A DNA stretch of 22,037 bases from Paraspadella gotoi. Taxonomy: Eukaryota > Animalia > Chaetognatha. The position numbers were made by a program, and so were the translations under genes. A model generated the notes under the pieces. It worked only from the letters and a program-made list of their open reading frames with translations. It was not told the DNA's origin and did not search any database. Shown in pieces: positions 19,736 to 22,037 of this stretch (positions are counted from its first letter, which is position 1; the number at the start of each line of letters is the position of its first letter). The stretch covers positions 1-22,037 of the forward strand of contig JBJCIZ010000469.1 of the NCBI GenBank assembly GCA_051294375.1. The letters are read 5' to 3'.

Positions 19736-19858
19736 GTAAAAAATAGGCCGCACTAAAAAAGATACCTCGAAGTATACCGAAAAGGCAGGCATAGTGTCGA
19801 GCACAAAGAAACGAGCATATTCAAATGCGTTTCTGATAAAAAACCAGGCCCACATTGC
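19736..19858 (+). repeat. ~125-bp direct duplicate of RT 5' segment at 18093-18214
   Basis: Shared AGATACCTCGAAGTATAC..GAAAAGGCAGGCATAGTGTCG..AAGAAACGAGCATATTCAAA..TGCGTTTCTGATAAAAAA..CCAGGCC..CACATTGC. Confidence 0.95.
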
Positions 19859-20230
19859 ATCTCATCTCCTTGTGTGGTGTGGGCGCTAGACGAGGAGATT
19901 AAAGGCTTCAGAACAAAGTTCTTTGAGTTTGTGAGACAAAAATTTTCGTCTGTCAAAAACAACATCGAAAAGCTATACGGAAAGCCAAAAACAAAGGACG
20001 CAGATACATTTGTGAGAACAATCTCGGCAAAGGATTGGAGCCTAGGGCACCCTGAGTTGGAAATGCGGAGCGAAATGACGGGCATCACAATTGTAATGAT
20101 GGAAGAAGACTCAGCGCGCGAAGCGGGCTGTAAGTTCGAAAGGAGATATGGACCGACCGACCACGGCAGAAAAATGAAAATCTTCCGAACTATCACCGGC
20201 CAAGTAAGCCTCGTCAGCGACCAAAAATGA
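19856..20230 (+). CDS. OTU-like (ovarian tumour deubiquitinase fold) domain within Gypsy pol region
   Basis: CVVWAL..FRTKFFEFVRQK..DADTFVRTISAKDWSLGHPELEMRSEMTGITIVMME..RRYG..MKIFRTITGQVSLV parallels the OTU pattern CLF.A...L..LR....Y.....Y...M....WGG..EL.ALS...G..I.V...G....I.L.....HY..L. Recognised by eye only. Confidence 0.5.
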   Translation, partial: CISSPCVVWALDEEIKGFRTKFFEFVRQKFSSVKNNIEKLYGKPKTKDADTFVRTISAKDWSLGHPELEMRSEMTGITIVMMEEDSAREAGCKFERRYGPTDHGRKMKIFRTITGQVSLVSDQK

Positions 20231-20739
20231 GAACATCCCCTCCGCCCAGTAAACCAAGATCAAATCCAAACATAATTACATAACAGCCTCAATAACAGCG
20301 AGAGCCAAAAAACAGAAAAAAACAAGGTCACAGCCTCCACTGGGAAGCATTACCAGAAGACCTAGTCCGCATACAAGCCCCAGACATCGCCACACCAAGC
20401 CAGATCTGATGCAACGCCAAAAATCTCAGCCTTCAGTAGAAACCATTCAATCAAAGCGCCTGGAGCGGAAAAAGAGCTGATGGTCGACGCGCTCACTCGA
20501 AGGCAGACATCGACGCCTCAGAAATGGAAGTGGCGAAGAAGCAGCAAACCCACACGCGAAAGAGAACAGGCTGATGCCATTAGCAACACCGCGTAAAGGA
20601 ATGGCAACAAGAAAACGAACTATTAGTCTCGTCATAAACGCACTACAACAAGACGATCAGGAAAACGCAAAGAATCCTAGCGAAAAGATGAGAAAGAGAC
20701 AAAACTTGACCGAAGATATCTCTTCTAACCTCATACTAA

Positions 20740-21854
20740 CGATCGCATATAACGGAGGAAGGAATCCTCATATTAAAAGGATACAAAGCAGACAGCCCAA
20801 CAACTAAGTTCGTCGTCCCACCCAATAAGATCGAGGAGATAGTGAAACAAATTCATCAACATTACGGACACCCGGGACGAGACCGCACGGCATTCATAGC
20901 AGCCCAATACGTCACATCACCAGGATTATCAGCTGCCGCAGCAAAATGTGTGAGAAACTGTAACAACTGTGCAAAAGCTACAGACGCACAAAGGAACAAT
21001 GAAACGCCATCCGCCCCAAACCTTGCCATCTCCCCCTGGGAGTCGCTAAGCATCATTGTGATGCACCTTCCTCCGGTCGCAGGCTTCAATTACATCCTCG
21101 TCGCATCCGACAACGCATCCGCTTATACATGGGCCATCCCGTTACGCCGTGCAGATTCAGAAACAATTGTTAAAGCCTTGGATGAAAAAATTTTCCTCCA
21201 ACACGGCTCATACATGGAATTAAACTTTGATGGCGCGACCCAGCTAAACGGAAAAGCTATGAACTCCATACTAAACCTACTCGACACAGTTGGGAGAAGG
21301 GTGCTGGTCGGGAGAAAGGACAGCAACAGAGCCAAAAGGGACATCGGCAGGATACGTAAGGCACTCCGTAAGGCAGTGGAGGATCAGCCAAGAAAATGGC
21401 TAGACCAACTCCCCCACTTAATGCTGTTACTAAACGCGACCCCAATCATCGGATGGAAAACTGACATGTCGCCTCACGAGATCCAGTTTGGACATAGGCC
21501 AAGAATCATCGAAGCCGCTGATGACTTTACAAAAGGAAATCTCATCGATTTCATCCGAAGAGAGCCGACAGGCAAGAACAGGCCCGGAGAGGTGTCAAGA
21601 TCAAGACCAAACTCTAAAACATCGTCAAGAGGAAACCTTACAAAACACGACCGAGATTAAGGTCGGAGATTTGGTACTCACCCGACGTGACCTCCATGGC
21701 CGGAACCACAACAACCGAAAACAAAGTAAAACGGATCTACTCTGGCCCACACAAAGTCGTACAACGAGACGGGAATCACTATGTCGTCTCGATTGCTGGC
21801 CAGAACCTGAGATATCATAGACGACAGCTCAAGCTTCACGCACCTGAGAAATAA
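20740..21854 (+). CDS. pol: pol: Ty3/Gypsy integrase (HHCC, core, GPY/F-SH3 tail; frameshifts after ~21570)
   Basis: KFVVPPNKIEEIVKQIHQHYGHPG..CNNC, PWESLSI, YILVASDNASAYTWAIPL, FDGATQL, KWLDQLPHLMLLLNATP, SPHEIQFG, IKVGDLVL, YSGPHKVVQRDGNHYVV..HRRQLK; stop at 21852-21854. Confidence 0.95.
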
Positions 21855-22037
21855 AAAAAAAATAGATAAAAATTCGGCAAACAAACAGAACTGTCAACAC
21901 AATTTAAATAAACAATGGTAGATAGATACAGCAACCGGACGTAAAAAGAAAAAAAAACATTCCTACAAATGGAGTCAGTAGCAAATAAAAGATAAAATAA
22001 GCAACCTTGGGCGACAGTTGATACAAACGTTCAAAAA

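Larger units (their letters stand above)
13213..22037 (+). mobile_element. Ty3/Gypsy LTR retrotransposon (3' end outside window; left boundary uncertain)
   Basis: Domain order RT-RNaseH-integrase with a GPY/F-like tail, a PBS and an upstream LTR-like promoter region. The left end is tentatively placed at TGTTGCG (13213). Confidence 0.9.

Overview
This is eukaryotic (probably invertebrate) repeat-rich genomic DNA from an error-prone assembly, with many single-base indels and a 25-N gap at 19619-19643. It has three blocks. (1) 1-~7800 is the virion-morphogenesis arm of a Polinton/Maverick (adintovirus-like) element. On the + strand it carries packaging ATPase, small conserved ORF, PZ-like ORF, rve integrase, minor capsid (penton), basic PW-like core protein, major capsid (hexon) and a frameshift-hidden adenain-type cysteine protease. 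These converge on unidentified minus-strand ORFs at back-to-back poly(A) signals. No pPolB or TIR is visible. (2) ~7800-13200 is A/C-skewed sequence that I cannot decode. (3) ~13200-22037 is a Ty3/Gypsy LTR retrotransposon on the + strand. It has a putative 5' LTR (51-bp tandem repeats, CCAAT/TATA/Inr-like promoter, AATAAA), a tRNA-Leu-type PBS, a long garbled gag, and pol (RT, RNase H, integrase). The two most interesting signals are an OTU (deubiquitinase)-like domain between RNase H and integrase, and an intact, apparently spliced 77-aa Arg-rich/acidic ORF inside the putative LTR. All homology calls are from motif recognition by eye; no searches were run.
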